Position numbers and translations under genes: made by a program. DNA of 64,000 bases from Candidatus Zapsychrus exili (GTDB taxonomy: Bacteria > Omnitrophota > Gorgyraeia > Zapsychrales > Zapsychraceae). This document shows, piece by piece, positions 1 through 9,200 of the stretch; position 1 is the first letter of the stretch, and each line of letters opens with the position of its first letter. Location: contig JAVCCJ010000121.1 of NCBI GenBank assembly GCA_030765585.1, positions 7,233-71,232 of the forward strand, read 5' to 3'. The notes below the pieces were generated by a model, which had not been told where the DNA came from, ran no database searches, and worked only from the letters and a program-made list of their open reading frames with translations.

Positions 1-573
1 GCATCTGCGATAACAATTGCTTCAAAAGCTATAGATGCTGAGCCAGATGATGTTTCAATTTCTTTGCTTCCAGTTTTTTTGTCAGCTTTGATAGGACTTT
101 TTATTGTATTGCCTTTTATAAGGTTTGTTTTTAGTTTTGAAGATATGGGCTATGGAGTTTTAGCAGGAACAGTGTTGCAATTCACAGGATTTGTTAAAGC
201 GTCAGTTGCAGGGCTTCCCGCAGAAGTTAAAACGATAGCGCTTTCAATTAAGGCAATAAGATATGTTGGCTTATTGCTTGTGATACCTTTGTTTGCTAGT
301 TTTGTAAAAGGCAAAATGTATTTTCCATGGTATTTGTGGTGTTTTTTAGGTGCTGGAGTTTTATGTAGTTTTGCGCCAGATACTGCTGCTGTATTGCGAC
401 CAACATTTAAATTAATATTAAATATATTGTGGAGCATTGCTATGGCCGCAATTGGTCTAAATGCTAATTTAAAAGATTTGTTTACGAAGAGAGGTTTAAG
501 GGCATTTTTTGCAAGCTTTATTTCATTTATGCTCGCAGTTTCTGTTTTTATTATAGGTACAATTTATATATAA
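1..573 (+). CDS. C-terminal part of a YeiH/UPF0324-like polytopic membrane transporter (5' end outside window; frame open from nt 1)
   Basis: Frame 1 is open from the window edge. Hydrophobic multi-TM protein ending ...AIGLNANLKDLFTKRGLRAF..., which resembles the YeiH family. Not a prepilin peptidase (no GDxKL motif). Confidence 0.4.
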   Translation, partial: ASAITIASKAIDAEPDDVSISLLPVFLSALIGLFIVLPFIRFVFSFEDMGYGVLAGTVLQFTGFVKASVAGLPAEVKTIALSIKAIRYVGLLLVIPLFASFVKGKMYFPWYLWCFLGAGVLCSFAPDTAAVLRPTFKLILNILWSIAMAAIGLNANLKDLFTKRGLRAFFASFISFMLAVSVFIIGTIYI

Positions 574-605
574 ATTAATTTTTTTGGTTTTAAGAAATAT
601 TTATT

Positions 606-2321
606 ATGAGAATACTTTCAAGATTAACAATTTCATTTTTAGTAGTAGCTTTGTTTGTTTTAATGGTTGGCTATTATTCAGCAAGCAAAAGTTATGTGAT
701 TTTAAAAGAGAGCATAGAAAAGCAAGCTATTGTTTTAACACAAGAAATTGCTAATAAAATAGACAGGAATCTTTTTAATAAAATAGAGAAGGTGTATATA
801 TTTCTTGATGATCCATTGTTAAAAGATAAGCTTGTTGAGTCTAATAGAGAGTTTGCCGCAAGAGAGAATGTTCAAGAGTATATTTTAGAGAACGATAAAA
901 CTTGGGTAGGGGCAGCACAGGGAACAAGAACATCTTTTATGGAAGATATTATTAATAATCAAATGTCAGGAAGAATAAAATTAAGATTTGATCAACATAA
1001 TGTTAAACAAGAGCATAAAGAGTTTGGGGAAGTATTTATAACGAATAGATACGGTGTAAATATTGCGCAAACATCAAAAACATCTGATTATTATCAGGCA
1101 GATGAAGAGTGGTGGAGGAAAGCTAAAGATGATGGGCTTTATGTTTCTAATGTTGCATATGATGAAAGCTCTCGAATGCTCTCTATTGCTGCTTGTATGA
1201 GAATTGATTCTGATCAAGGTGATTTTTTAGGAGTTATTAAGGGTGTTATAAATTTAGAGGATACTATTGCTATTGTAAAAGAATTAGAGAACAGAAACAT
1301 CGAAGAGGAGGATCTTGTAGATTATAAGCTAGTAACTAGTACGGGGAAGATTATGTATGCGACAGAAGATCTTGAGTTTTTTTCAGTTCTTAGTGAGCAT
1401 TTGATGTCGCACATTATAGCGCAAGGGAGAGTAGGTACTTTTTTAGATCAGGGTGATGTAGATAAAAGAAAACAAGAGATGTTTGTGTTTGCTCAATTAG
1501 AAGGATATAAATATTATGATGGTTTAGGGTGGATTGTAATTATGGAATATGATGCGAAGAAATTGTTTTTTTCTGTAGAAAAATTTAAAAAAGATTTACT
1601 TTTAGTATCATTTTTTGCAGCGCTCTTTGTTATTGCATTGGGTTTAATAGTTGCTAATTCTATAGCAGACCCACTTAACAAACTAACAGATATGGTAAAA
1701 GCAGTAGATAGAGGGGAGATTGGTGTAAAAGTAGATATTAATACAAAAGATGAGATGGCAGATTTAGCAAAGTTATTCAATGAAATGGTTGCTAACTTAT
1801 CAGAAAAAACTGTCTCAAAAGAATATTTAGACAACATAATAAAAAGTATGGTTGACTCTCTTGTTGTAATTAATGTAGAAGGCAAAATTATTGATGCCAA
1901 CAAGTCTTTGGTAAATCTTTTGGGATATGATAAAAAAGATTTAATTGGTTGCGATATAAAGGATTTGTTTTCTTTAGAGGATGCTCAGACGGTAAGCCTT
2001 ACAGGAGGTTGGTTGGGCAGGCTAATAGAAGAAGGTGTTCTTAAAGGATGTGAATTAAACTATAAAACTAAGAATAATAAAGAAATACCTATTGTTTTAA
2101 GTGGTTCTGTTGTGAATAGCAAAGAAGGACAAACTCTTAGCATTGTTTGTGTGGCGCACGATATTACGAATCGTAAAAAGTCTGAGAGCGCCTTGCAAGC
2201 AAAACAAAAAGAGCTACAAGAAAGTAATGCAGATTTGGCTAAAAATGAGAAAGCTTTAAGAAATATGTTTTTTGATCTTCAAAAAGCACATGAGGATTTA
2301 AAGTGGCACACAAGCAATTGA
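606..2321 (+). CDS. Membrane sensor protein: periplasmic Cache-like domain, TM, HAMP, PAS and a C-terminal coiled coil; no recognizable kinase, GGDEF or MCP output domain
   Basis: N-terminal TM (LTISFLVVALFVLMVGYY), a second TM followed by a HAMP-like segment (PLNKLTDMVKAVDRGEIGVKVDINTKDEMADLAKLFNEMVANL), a PAS-like block, then a heptad-rich tail. Confidence 0.55.
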   Translation: MRILSRLTISFLVVALFVLMVGYYSASKSYVILKESIEKQAIVLTQEIANKIDRNLFNKIEKVYIFLDDPLLKDKLVESNREFAARENVQEYILENDKTWVGAAQGTRTSFMEDIINNQMSGRIKLRFDQHNVKQEHKEFGEVFITNRYGVNIAQTSKTSDYYQADEEWWRKAKDDGLYVSNVAYDESSRMLSIAACMRIDSDQGDFLGVIKGVINLEDTIAIVKELENRNIEEEDLVDYKLVTSTGKIMYATEDLEFFSVLSEHLMSHIIAQGRVGTFLDQGDVDKRKQEMFVFAQLEGYKYYDGLGWIVIMEYDAKKLFFSVEKFKKDLLLVSFFAALFVIALGLIVANSIADPLNKLTDMVKAVDRGEIGVKVDINTKDEMADLAKLFNEMVANLSEKTVSKEYLDNIIKSMVDSLVVINVEGKIIDANKSLVNLLGYDKKDLIGCDIKDLFSLEDAQTVSLTGGWLGRLIEEGVLKGCELNYKTKNNKEIPIVLSGSVVNSKEGQTLSIVCVAHDITNRKKSESALQAKQKELQESNADLAKNEKALRNMFFDLQKAHEDLKWHTSN

Positions 2322-2328
2322 GAAAATT

Positions 2329-2610
2329 ATGATGGATCCGCCAGATGTTGCTTTAGTTAATTTAAGTCTTGTTGATTTGCTTGGGGATTTGGTCGTGCAG
2401 CGTTTAGCAAGAATGTCTAAAACGTCAGATGTTAAATATATATTGTATGCGCAAACAGGAGAACATCAGCAGTCTATTATTGATCATTTTGCTGAGAAAA
2501 CAGGTGTAGTCAAATGTATGGAGTATGCGCATCCAGATGAGCTATTGGCAGCGACTGATAATCTTTTTAATAAGAAGTTAATTTCTTGCGTAATAAGCAA
2601 TAATATATAA
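2329..2610 (+). CDS. Small ORF resembling the C-terminal two-thirds of a response-regulator receiver domain (possible remnant of a hybrid kinase)
   Basis: PDVALVNLSLVDLLGDLVVQRLARMSKTSDVKYILYA...GVVKCMEYAHPDELLAATDNLF parallels the REC pattern PDLVLLDLxLPDxxGxEV..PIIxLTA..GAxDYLxKP. It lacks the phospho-acceptor Asp region. Different frame from the upstream sensor. Confidence 0.25.
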   Translation: MMDPPDVALVNLSLVDLLGDLVVQRLARMSKTSDVKYILYAQTGEHQQSIIDHFAEKTGVVKCMEYAHPDELLAATDNLFNKKLISCVISNNI

Positions 2611-2632
2611 AGGGCCACTTTTATAAGTGGTC
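2604..2632 (+). terminator. Rho-independent terminator candidate after the sensor/REC-remnant unit
   Basis: gccactt-ttata-agtggtc hairpin followed by a T6 run. Confidence 0.5.
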
Positions 2633-2710
2633 TTTTTTATTGATGATGCGAAATTTTCGGAGTATAATCAAAAAGCTACTGACAAACAATGCATAACAGT
2701 TTTTAATTGA

Positions 2711-4114
2711 GTGTTACAGGAGAGTTATATGACAAGTAAAAAGAATAGAAAGACCCCTAGAAGAAAAGTGCGGATTCCTGTTTTTGCTTGGGATGCAAGT
2801 GATGAGAAAAAAGAAGGAGAAGGAAAGACTCTTGTTACAAGAGACTTGAGTGCAAATGGTATAGGGTTTTATTCTAATGATATATCTACAGTTGGTACTG
2901 TTTTAAATGTTGATATGTATTTTCCTAAAAAAGAAACACCTGTATCTTGTCAAATTAAAATCACTTTTGTTAAAGCTTTAACACAATCTTCGAAATATAT
3001 TTTAGGTGCTTTTTTTGTTGATTTAAGCGCAGAAGATAAGGAGTTTATTGTAATGTCTTTAAAGGGTATGGATCTTTATTTGCTTTTAGAGAGCATGTTA
3101 AAAGGCGGTGCTTCAGATTTGCATTTAACTGTTGGTAGACCTCCTATGGTGCGACGAGATGGAAAAATTTTGGAAATGGCAGCAGAGCCTTTAGAAGAAG
3201 GACAAATAGAGGCAATGCTATATCCTCTATTGACTGATGAACAAATTAGCCTTTTTGAACAGGTACGTGAAATGGATTTTGCTTTTTCTCCTGATGTAAG
3301 CTCTAGATTTAGAGTTAACATGCATTGGCAAAAAGGATTTGTTGAGGCAGCAATAAGAAATATTCCAACAAAAATAGCTTCCTTTCAAGAGCTTGGGCTT
3401 CCCGAGAAACAGTTAGAAGATTTTTGTAGTGAACAGGCAGGACTTCTCTTGATTGCTGGAACAACAGGATCTGGAAAAACAACGACATTATCTTCTATAG
3501 TGAATTTTATTAACAATAATTACAAAAAAGTTATTATTACTGTGGAAGACCCTATTGAATATACCTTTAAAAGTAATAACAGTATTATAAAACAAAGAGA
3601 GCTGGGGAGCGATACTCGCTCATATGCTGAGGCCTTAAAAAGAGGTCTAAGGCAAGACCCTGATATTCTTTGTGTTGGAGAAATCTTAGACGGAGAGTGT
3701 TTGTCGGCAGCATTGCGAGCAGCCGAAACAGGACATTTGGTTATATCAACTGTTCATGCTCCTAATGCAATTTCTGCCATCGAAAGATGCGTAAACTTTT
3801 TTCCACCAGAACATTCAGCGTCTATTTGTCAGCAAATATCTTCTTGTCTTTCTTCTATATTGTTTCAGGTGCTTATTCCTAGAAAAGACCAAAAAGGGAG
3901 GTTGCTTGCTACAGAATTGTTGTTAAACAATCATGCTGTAAAAAATTTAATAAGAGAAGGCAGATTTAGTATGATGCCTAATGTAATGCAAACTGGTCGT
4001 AATGTTGGAATGTATACTATTGAAAATAGTTTAGAGGAGTTTTATAAAAAAGGTCTTATAGAAGAAAGCGTTATGTTAGATTATATAAATCAAGATTATA
4101 CTCAAAAGTTATAA
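2711..4114 (+). CDS. pilT: PilZ-domain / PilT-family retraction ATPase fusion
   Basis: N-terminal PilZ signatures (RRKVRIP ... DLSANGIGFYS). C-terminal PilT/GspE core: Walker A GTTGSGKTTTLSS, VEDPIEY, ILCVGEILD, TGHLVISTVHA. Confidence 0.8.
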   Translation: MLQESYMTSKKNRKTPRRKVRIPVFAWDASDEKKEGEGKTLVTRDLSANGIGFYSNDISTVGTVLNVDMYFPKKETPVSCQIKITFVKALTQSSKYILGAFFVDLSAEDKEFIVMSLKGMDLYLLLESMLKGGASDLHLTVGRPPMVRRDGKILEMAAEPLEEGQIEAMLYPLLTDEQISLFEQVREMDFAFSPDVSSRFRVNMHWQKGFVEAAIRNIPTKIASFQELGLPEKQLEDFCSEQAGLLLIAGTTGSGKTTTLSSIVNFINNNYKKVIITVEDPIEYTFKSNNSIIKQRELGSDTRSYAEALKRGLRQDPDILCVGEILDGECLSAALRAAETGHLVISTVHAPNAISAIERCVNFFPPEHSASICQQISSCLSSILFQVLIPRKDQKGRLLATELLLNNHAVKNLIREGRFSMMPNVMQTGRNVGMYTIENSLEEFYKKGLIEESVMLDYINQDYTQKL

Positions 4115-4145
4115 TTTTAATAAAGAATTTGTAATGTGATTATGT

Positions 4146-4175
4146 TGCCTCGCCTAAAATGCGAGGCATTTTAGT
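4146..4175 (+). terminator. Rho-independent terminator candidate
   Basis: tgcctcgc-ctaaaat-gcgaggca hairpin followed by attttag. Confidence 0.5.
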
Positions 4176-4204
4176 AAAACTATAAAACAAAAGGAAATGG
4201 AATT

Positions 4205-5164
4205 ATGCTGGATGTAATGTTTTATGAGGTTTTTAAAGAAGAGGAAATTGCTATAAAGAAATATTTGCCAAGCAATATTAAAGCCGATTTTACTTTTAAG
4301 ACAATACAGGCAAGTGGCGACGCTGATGTGTGTGCTAAGATAATTTCTATAAGAACGCAATCCATTGTTCCTTTGAATTGGGCAAATAGTTTAAAGGGAA
4401 TATTGTCGAGAAGCCAAGGCTATGATCACTTGCTTGATTATAAAAGCAAGATAGATAGCGATATTGTTTGTGGATATTTAGATAAGTATTGTTCTTTCAG
4501 TGTCGCCGAGCATGCGATAATTTTAATGATGATGTTGTTTAAGAACATAAAAAAGCAATTGAGTAATTTTGATACGTTTAAAAGAGATGACATAACAGGG
4601 GTTGAGCTAAGAAATAAAAACGTTCTTGTTGTTGGAGTAGGAAGCATTGGATCTGAAATTGCTTCAATAGCTCAGGCTTTAAAAATGAATGTGCAAGGAG
4701 TTGATATTGATAAAAAATTAGAGTGCATTAAATATGTTGCATTAGAAGATGGCATAGCTGATGCGGATATTGTTTTTTGTGCGCTTCCTTTGACTAAAGA
4801 AACTGATGGAATATTAAATTATCAGAGTTTAAACAAAGCTAAAGAAGGCCTTATCTTTGTTAATATAGCTCGAGGAGAAATATCTCCAATGAAAGATTTA
4901 AAAAAGTTGTTAGATGAAGGTATTCTAGGAGGACTAGGGCTTGATGTTTATGAGCAAGAACAAACATTAGCATCTTTTTTAAGGGACAATGGAGAGCAAA
5001 AAGATATTGTTGATATCGTCTTAGAACTTAAAGGAAAAGACAACTGCCTGTTTACTCCGCACAATGCTTTTAATACACAAGAAGCTTTGGATAAGAAGGC
5101 GAGTTTTAGTGCTCAGGCCATTGTTGAATTTTTAAAAGACGGAAAGTTTCCGCGTCAATTATGA
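4205..5164 (+). CDS. D-isomer-specific 2-hydroxyacid dehydrogenase family protein (NAD-binding)
   Basis: Rossmann motif VLVVGVGSIGSEIA. Family-typical ...LPLTKETDGILN..., GLGLDVYEQE, FTPHNAF. Confidence 0.75.
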   Translation: MLDVMFYEVFKEEEIAIKKYLPSNIKADFTFKTIQASGDADVCAKIISIRTQSIVPLNWANSLKGILSRSQGYDHLLDYKSKIDSDIVCGYLDKYCSFSVAEHAIILMMMLFKNIKKQLSNFDTFKRDDITGVELRNKNVLVVGVGSIGSEIASIAQALKMNVQGVDIDKKLECIKYVALEDGIADADIVFCALPLTKETDGILNYQSLNKAKEGLIFVNIARGEISPMKDLKKLLDEGILGGLGLDVYEQEQTLASFLRDNGEQKDIVDIVLELKGKDNCLFTPHNAFNTQEALDKKASFSAQAIVEFLKDGKFPRQL

Positions 5165-5194
5165 TATATACGATAAAATAAATATAACAAGAGA

Positions 5195-5986
5195 GTGAAA
5201 ATGAAAATAGCCACCATTCAATTTAATTCTACTGATAATAAAGTCAGAAATATAAAAGAAGCTGTGCGTCTAGTAGAGAAAGCAGCTAAAGCTGGAGCTC
5301 AATTTATTCTTCTTCCAGAACTTTTTGTCTTTAGAGGAAAATTGACAAGTAAGGTTTTAAATGAAATATCTGAGAATGTCGACGGAGATACTGTAAAAAT
5401 CTTTTCTATTTTAGCTAAGAAATATAAAGTTTTTATTTTATTGGGCTCTATTTATGAGAAATCCAAAAACCTAAAGAAGATATACAATACATCTGTTTTG
5501 ATAAATGATAAGGGTAATACAATTGCACAATATAGAAAGATTAATTTATTTGATGCCATTGTTGATGGCAAAAAAATACAAGAGAGTAAGTTTTTCTTAA
5601 AAGGAAAGAATTTAATAACAGCAAAGGTTGGCGATTTTAAGGTAGGGTTATCGATTTGTTATGATGTTCGTTTTTCTGAATTATATAAGGAATATAAAAA
5701 TAAGAAAGTAGATATTGTATGTGTTCCGGCTGCATTTACTAAAACAACGGGAGAGGCACATTGGGAGATTTTAATACGAGCGCGTGCCATAGAAGGACTT
5801 TGTTATGTTTTGGCTCCAAATCAAGTAGGTAAAGATAATAGGGGTAGATATTCGTATGGACATAGTATGATAGTTGACCCTTGGGGTAAAATTTTAAAAG
5901 AGGCAAAGTCTAATAAAGCCGAAATTCTTTTTGCTGAGCTTGATAAAAATCAAATAAAAAATAATAGAAAAGCTTTAATGTCGTAG
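5195..5986 (+). CDS. Carbon-nitrogen hydrolase (nitrilase superfamily) protein
   Basis: MKIATIQFN... N-terminus. Catalytic-Cys context GLSICYDVRFSELY. Lys context YRKINLF. Confidence 0.75.
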   Translation: MKMKIATIQFNSTDNKVRNIKEAVRLVEKAAKAGAQFILLPELFVFRGKLTSKVLNEISENVDGDTVKIFSILAKKYKVFILLGSIYEKSKNLKKIYNTSVLINDKGNTIAQYRKINLFDAIVDGKKIQESKFFLKGKNLITAKVGDFKVGLSICYDVRFSELYKEYKNKKVDIVCVPAAFTKTTGEAHWEILIRARAIEGLCYVLAPNQVGKDNRGRYSYGHSMIVDPWGKILKEAKSNKAEILFAELDKNQIKNNRKALMS

Positions 5987-6034
5987 TACAATGTTTTTGC
6001 AAATTAACATTGTTTTTAAAAGGAAAGGTTTGTT

Positions 6035-7024
6035 ATGCAGAAAAAAAGCGTTCGAATAGCTGTTACAGGTGCAGCTGGACAAATAGGATATGCATTACTT
6101 TTTAGAATAGCATCAGGTCAGATGTTTGGACAAGATACTGAAATACATCTTAATTTAATAGAATTAGTTCCTGCCTTAGGTGCTTTAAAGGGTGTTGTTA
6201 TGGAGCTTGATGATTGTGCCTTTCCGCTACTAAAGGCAATTACGCAAACAGCTGATCCGAGTATAGGATTTAAAGATGTGGATTGGGCTTTGCTTATAGG
6301 TAGCGTTCCTAGAAAGGAAGGGATGGCAAGGAAAGACCTTATTAATATTAATAGTAATATATTTTCAATTCAAGGAAAAGCAATTGCTGAGCATGCAAAG
6401 AAAACTTGCAAAGTCCTTGTGGTTGGAAACCCTTGTAACACAAATGCTTACATCGCTAAGGAAGTGGCAAAAAACATTCCAAAAGAGAATTTTTTTGCAT
6501 TAACTATGTTAGATCAAAGTAGGGCGAGCGCATTATTAGCAGAGAAAGCTGATGTAAGCGTGTCTGTTGTTCAAAACCTTATTATTTGGGGCAATCATTC
6601 TGCAACGCAATATCCAGATTTTTATAATGCAACAATAAATGGTCAAAAAGTAATTGATGTGATTTTAGATGAAGATTGGCTTCAAACGGAATTTATAGAA
6701 AAAGTACAGAAAAGAGGGTCTGAAATCATTAAAGCTCGTGGTTTTTCTTCGGCAGCATCTGCAGCAAATGCAGTTGTTGATACAGTTAAAAAGCTAACAG
6801 AGCCTACAAAAGAAGATGAGTTTTTCTCTTTAGCTGTTTGTTCTGATGGTAGTTATGGCACAGAAGAGGGGCTTATTTTTAGTTTTCCAGTATATTTTGA
6901 TGGTCAAGATGTAAAAATTGCACAAGGTGTTGAGCTTAATGATTTTTCTTTAGCTAAGATAAAAGCTACTTTAGAAGAACTTCAGTCTGAAAAAGAAACA
7001 GTGAAAGGTCTTCTATCTCCTTGA
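6035..7024 (+). CDS. mdh: Malate dehydrogenase (NAD-dependent, cytosolic-type/type 2)
   Basis: [49 protein letters not shown] - canonical MDH motifs. Confidence 0.9.
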   Translation: MQKKSVRIAVTGAAGQIGYALLFRIASGQMFGQDTEIHLNLIELVPALGALKGVVMELDDCAFPLLKAITQTADPSIGFKDVDWALLIGSVPRKEGMARKDLININSNIFSIQGKAIAEHAKKTCKVLVVGNPCNTNAYIAKEVAKNIPKENFFALTMLDQSRASALLAEKADVSVSVVQNLIIWGNHSATQYPDFYNATINGQKVIDVILDEDWLQTEFIEKVQKRGSEIIKARGFSSAASAANAVVDTVKKLTEPTKEDEFFSLAVCSDGSYGTEEGLIFSFPVYFDGQDVKIAQGVELNDFSLAKIKATLEELQSEKETVKGLLSP

Positions 7025-7274
7025 TAGCAAAGACTCTGCGGCAGCGTATGTTTTAAAGTCCCACCTATATATAGTATAATTTATATAAAATTAAAATAAG
7101 TGCAAATATGTTAGACCCTAAGGTCAAAATATGTTAAGATTTTTAAAAAGGCGTGTTTAGGGGTGTCTTTTGAAGATTTGTTGCGCTTGCCCCAAGACCT
7201 TGTTTTTTAAAATCTTATAGTATATACTTGTATAACATATATTTTTTATTATATATAGAGGGGGAGAAAATTTA

Positions 7275-8210
7275 ATGGATAGAGTTAATAAAAACATAGG
7301 GATTTTGTGCCTTTGTTTGCTTGTGATGTTTGTTGTTGGGTGTGATCAAATAAAAGCAATTTCAGAATATTTTAATAAGACAAACAAAGAAGTAGAAGTG
7401 AGCCAGGATGTTGTAATTCCGCAAGAATTAAAAGCTGCCACACCTGCAATTATCGAAGCAAATGTTTTAGCCGCAGTAGGCTCTTGGAGCATAACAGTTG
7501 AAGAATTTAAAGAAAGATTAGCTGCGCTTAAAGCCGCCATGCCAGAATTTAATATTGATAGCGTTGAAGATAAAAAGGCAGTATTAAATGAGATAATTAA
7601 TCAACAGCTATTAGTTCTAGATGCTGAGCAAAAAGATATTGATGAAGAAAAAGATGTTTTAGCTGCAGTAGATGAATTTAAAAAAACAATTTTAGTCAGA
7701 GAACTAATAATGCGTAAAACACAAGAAATAGCAGTTACGGATGAAGAAATAGCCGCATTTTATGACGAGAGGAAAGATGTTTTAATAACGTCGATAGAAT
7801 TGAGAGTTAGAGAAATTGTTGTTGGATCTCAAGAAGCTGCAAATGAAATTTTAGCTGATATTTTAAAGGGAGCTGATTTTGTTAAAGCAGCAACAGAAAA
7901 ATCAATAGCACAAAGCGCGGCTAATGGTGGAGATCTAGGTTTTATTAAGGAAGCTCCTTTTGCTGAGATGGTAAATCCATTACTTGCACTTGAAAAAGGA
8001 GGAGTTAGTAGTGTTTTTAAGGGGCCGGAAGGATTTTATATTGCTAGATTAGAAGATAAAAAAGGTGGAGAACAGATTCCTTTTGAGGAAATTAAAGCAG
8101 ATATATCGCAAAATTTAACAGCTGTAAAACAACAACAAATGATTTTAGATTATATCAATCAGTTGCGAGCTCAGATAGATATAAATATTAACGAAAGTCT
8201 TTTAGAATAA
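7275..8210 (+). CDS. Lipoprotein peptidyl-prolyl cis-trans isomerase (SurA/PrsA-like N-domain plus parvulin PpiC domain)
   Basis: Lipobox LLVMFVVGC. Parvulin block VREIVVGSQEAANEIL...GGDLGFIKEAPFAEMVNP...GPEGFYIARLEDK. Confidence 0.65.
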   Translation: MDRVNKNIGILCLCLLVMFVVGCDQIKAISEYFNKTNKEVEVSQDVVIPQELKAATPAIIEANVLAAVGSWSITVEEFKERLAALKAAMPEFNIDSVEDKKAVLNEIINQQLLVLDAEQKDIDEEKDVLAAVDEFKKTILVRELIMRKTQEIAVTDEEIAAFYDERKDVLITSIELRVREIVVGSQEAANEILADILKGADFVKAATEKSIAQSAANGGDLGFIKEAPFAEMVNPLLALEKGGVSSVFKGPEGFYIARLEDKKGGEQIPFEEIKADISQNLTAVKQQQMILDYINQLRAQIDININESLLE

Positions 8211-8222
8211 AGAGAGGTAAAA

Positions 8223-9068
8223 ATGAACATAGAAAATAAAAAACAATTTGCAACGATCTTGCTTGCAGTAGGCCTTGGTCTTTTTGCTGCTTTTTTGACC
8301 AGTCAATATGTCAGAAAAAGTGTTGAGAATCAAACAACAATATTAGCTGAAGACTATGCAAAACAAAATGCAATGCAGGCAGAGAAAATGAAGCAAGACA
8401 TTGTTATGTTACGTCAACAGCTTGAGAAAGAAATACAAGGTGTTATGAAAAAACAAGGGACAGCTAAAAAAGTTGATGCGCCAAGAGAAAAAATGGTTCG
8501 CGCAGAAGCTTTTTCTGTTAAGACTCCTATTGGTAAAAGAGCAATTACTATTTTAATTGATCCTCTTTCTGCCGTTGGTGGTTTAGTTAATCCAGGCGAT
8601 TCAGTAGATATTATTGCTCATTTAGAGATTCCAAATGCTTACGATGAAGAAGAAGCTCCAGAGGATGTGACAACAATTTTATTTCAAAATATAGAAGTTT
8701 TAGCTATTAATACTAATTTTGAGCCAATAAATAATGCTCCAAATTATGTAGCACAACAACAAGCTAAGAAATTAAATATCACCTTAGCACTGGAGCCAGA
8801 GGCTGCAGCGCTTCTTACTTTTGCTGAAAAGAATGGCAAGTTACAATTATCTTTAAGGGGACCCAATGAAGATGAAACAGGAGTCTTTAGAGTTGCATCT
8901 TGGGAATCTTTATCTAATTTTGTTTTAGAAAGACAAGGAACAAATTTAATAGTTCCAGGAGCATATAAACAAGAAGTGCCAATTAAGAAAAATATTATTA
9001 TAAATCAAGAAGTAGAAGAAAGCGGACCGTATATTCAAATTTTTAAATCAGGGATAGAATACGAATAG
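8223..9068 (+). CDS. cpaB: Flp pilus assembly protein CpaB/RcpC
   Basis: N-terminal TM, then RAITILIDPLSAVGGLVNPGDSVDIIAHL, the SAF/CpaB signature. Confidence 0.8.
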   Translation: MNIENKKQFATILLAVGLGLFAAFLTSQYVRKSVENQTTILAEDYAKQNAMQAEKMKQDIVMLRQQLEKEIQGVMKKQGTAKKVDAPREKMVRAEAFSVKTPIGKRAITILIDPLSAVGGLVNPGDSVDIIAHLEIPNAYDEEEAPEDVTTILFQNIEVLAINTNFEPINNAPNYVAQQQAKKLNITLALEPEAAALLTFAEKNGKLQLSLRGPNEDETGVFRVASWESLSNFVLERQGTNLIVPGAYKQEVPIKKNIIINQEVEESGPYIQIFKSGIEYE

Positions 9069-9200
9069 ATAAAAAAATAAAATCTTTTGGGAAACCAATG
9101 GAAGTGTTTGATGCTGTTGTAGACGCATCAGGCATAAAATCGCATTTATAATTTATGTTTTTGTTTGCATAAATTATGTGCTTATTTAAGGAAATGAACT

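Noticed and set aside
150-437. Minus-strand 95-aa ORF overlapping the YeiH-like gene; similar antisense ORFs at 1514..1903, 3076..3321, 12281..12718, 14401..14646 and 19469..20637
   Set aside because: They are fully embedded in stronger sense-strand genes and carry no motifs.
64-573. Polytopic ORF as a candidate prepilin peptidase for the Tad system
   Set aside because: It has no A24 motifs (the catalytic Asp pair and GxGDxKL). It resembles the YeiH/UPF0324 family and lies 8 kb from the locus.
4154-4360. Minus-strand 68-aa ORF across the terminator hairpin and the start of the dehydrogenase gene
   Set aside because: It overlaps a terminator and the RBS region of a well-supported gene.
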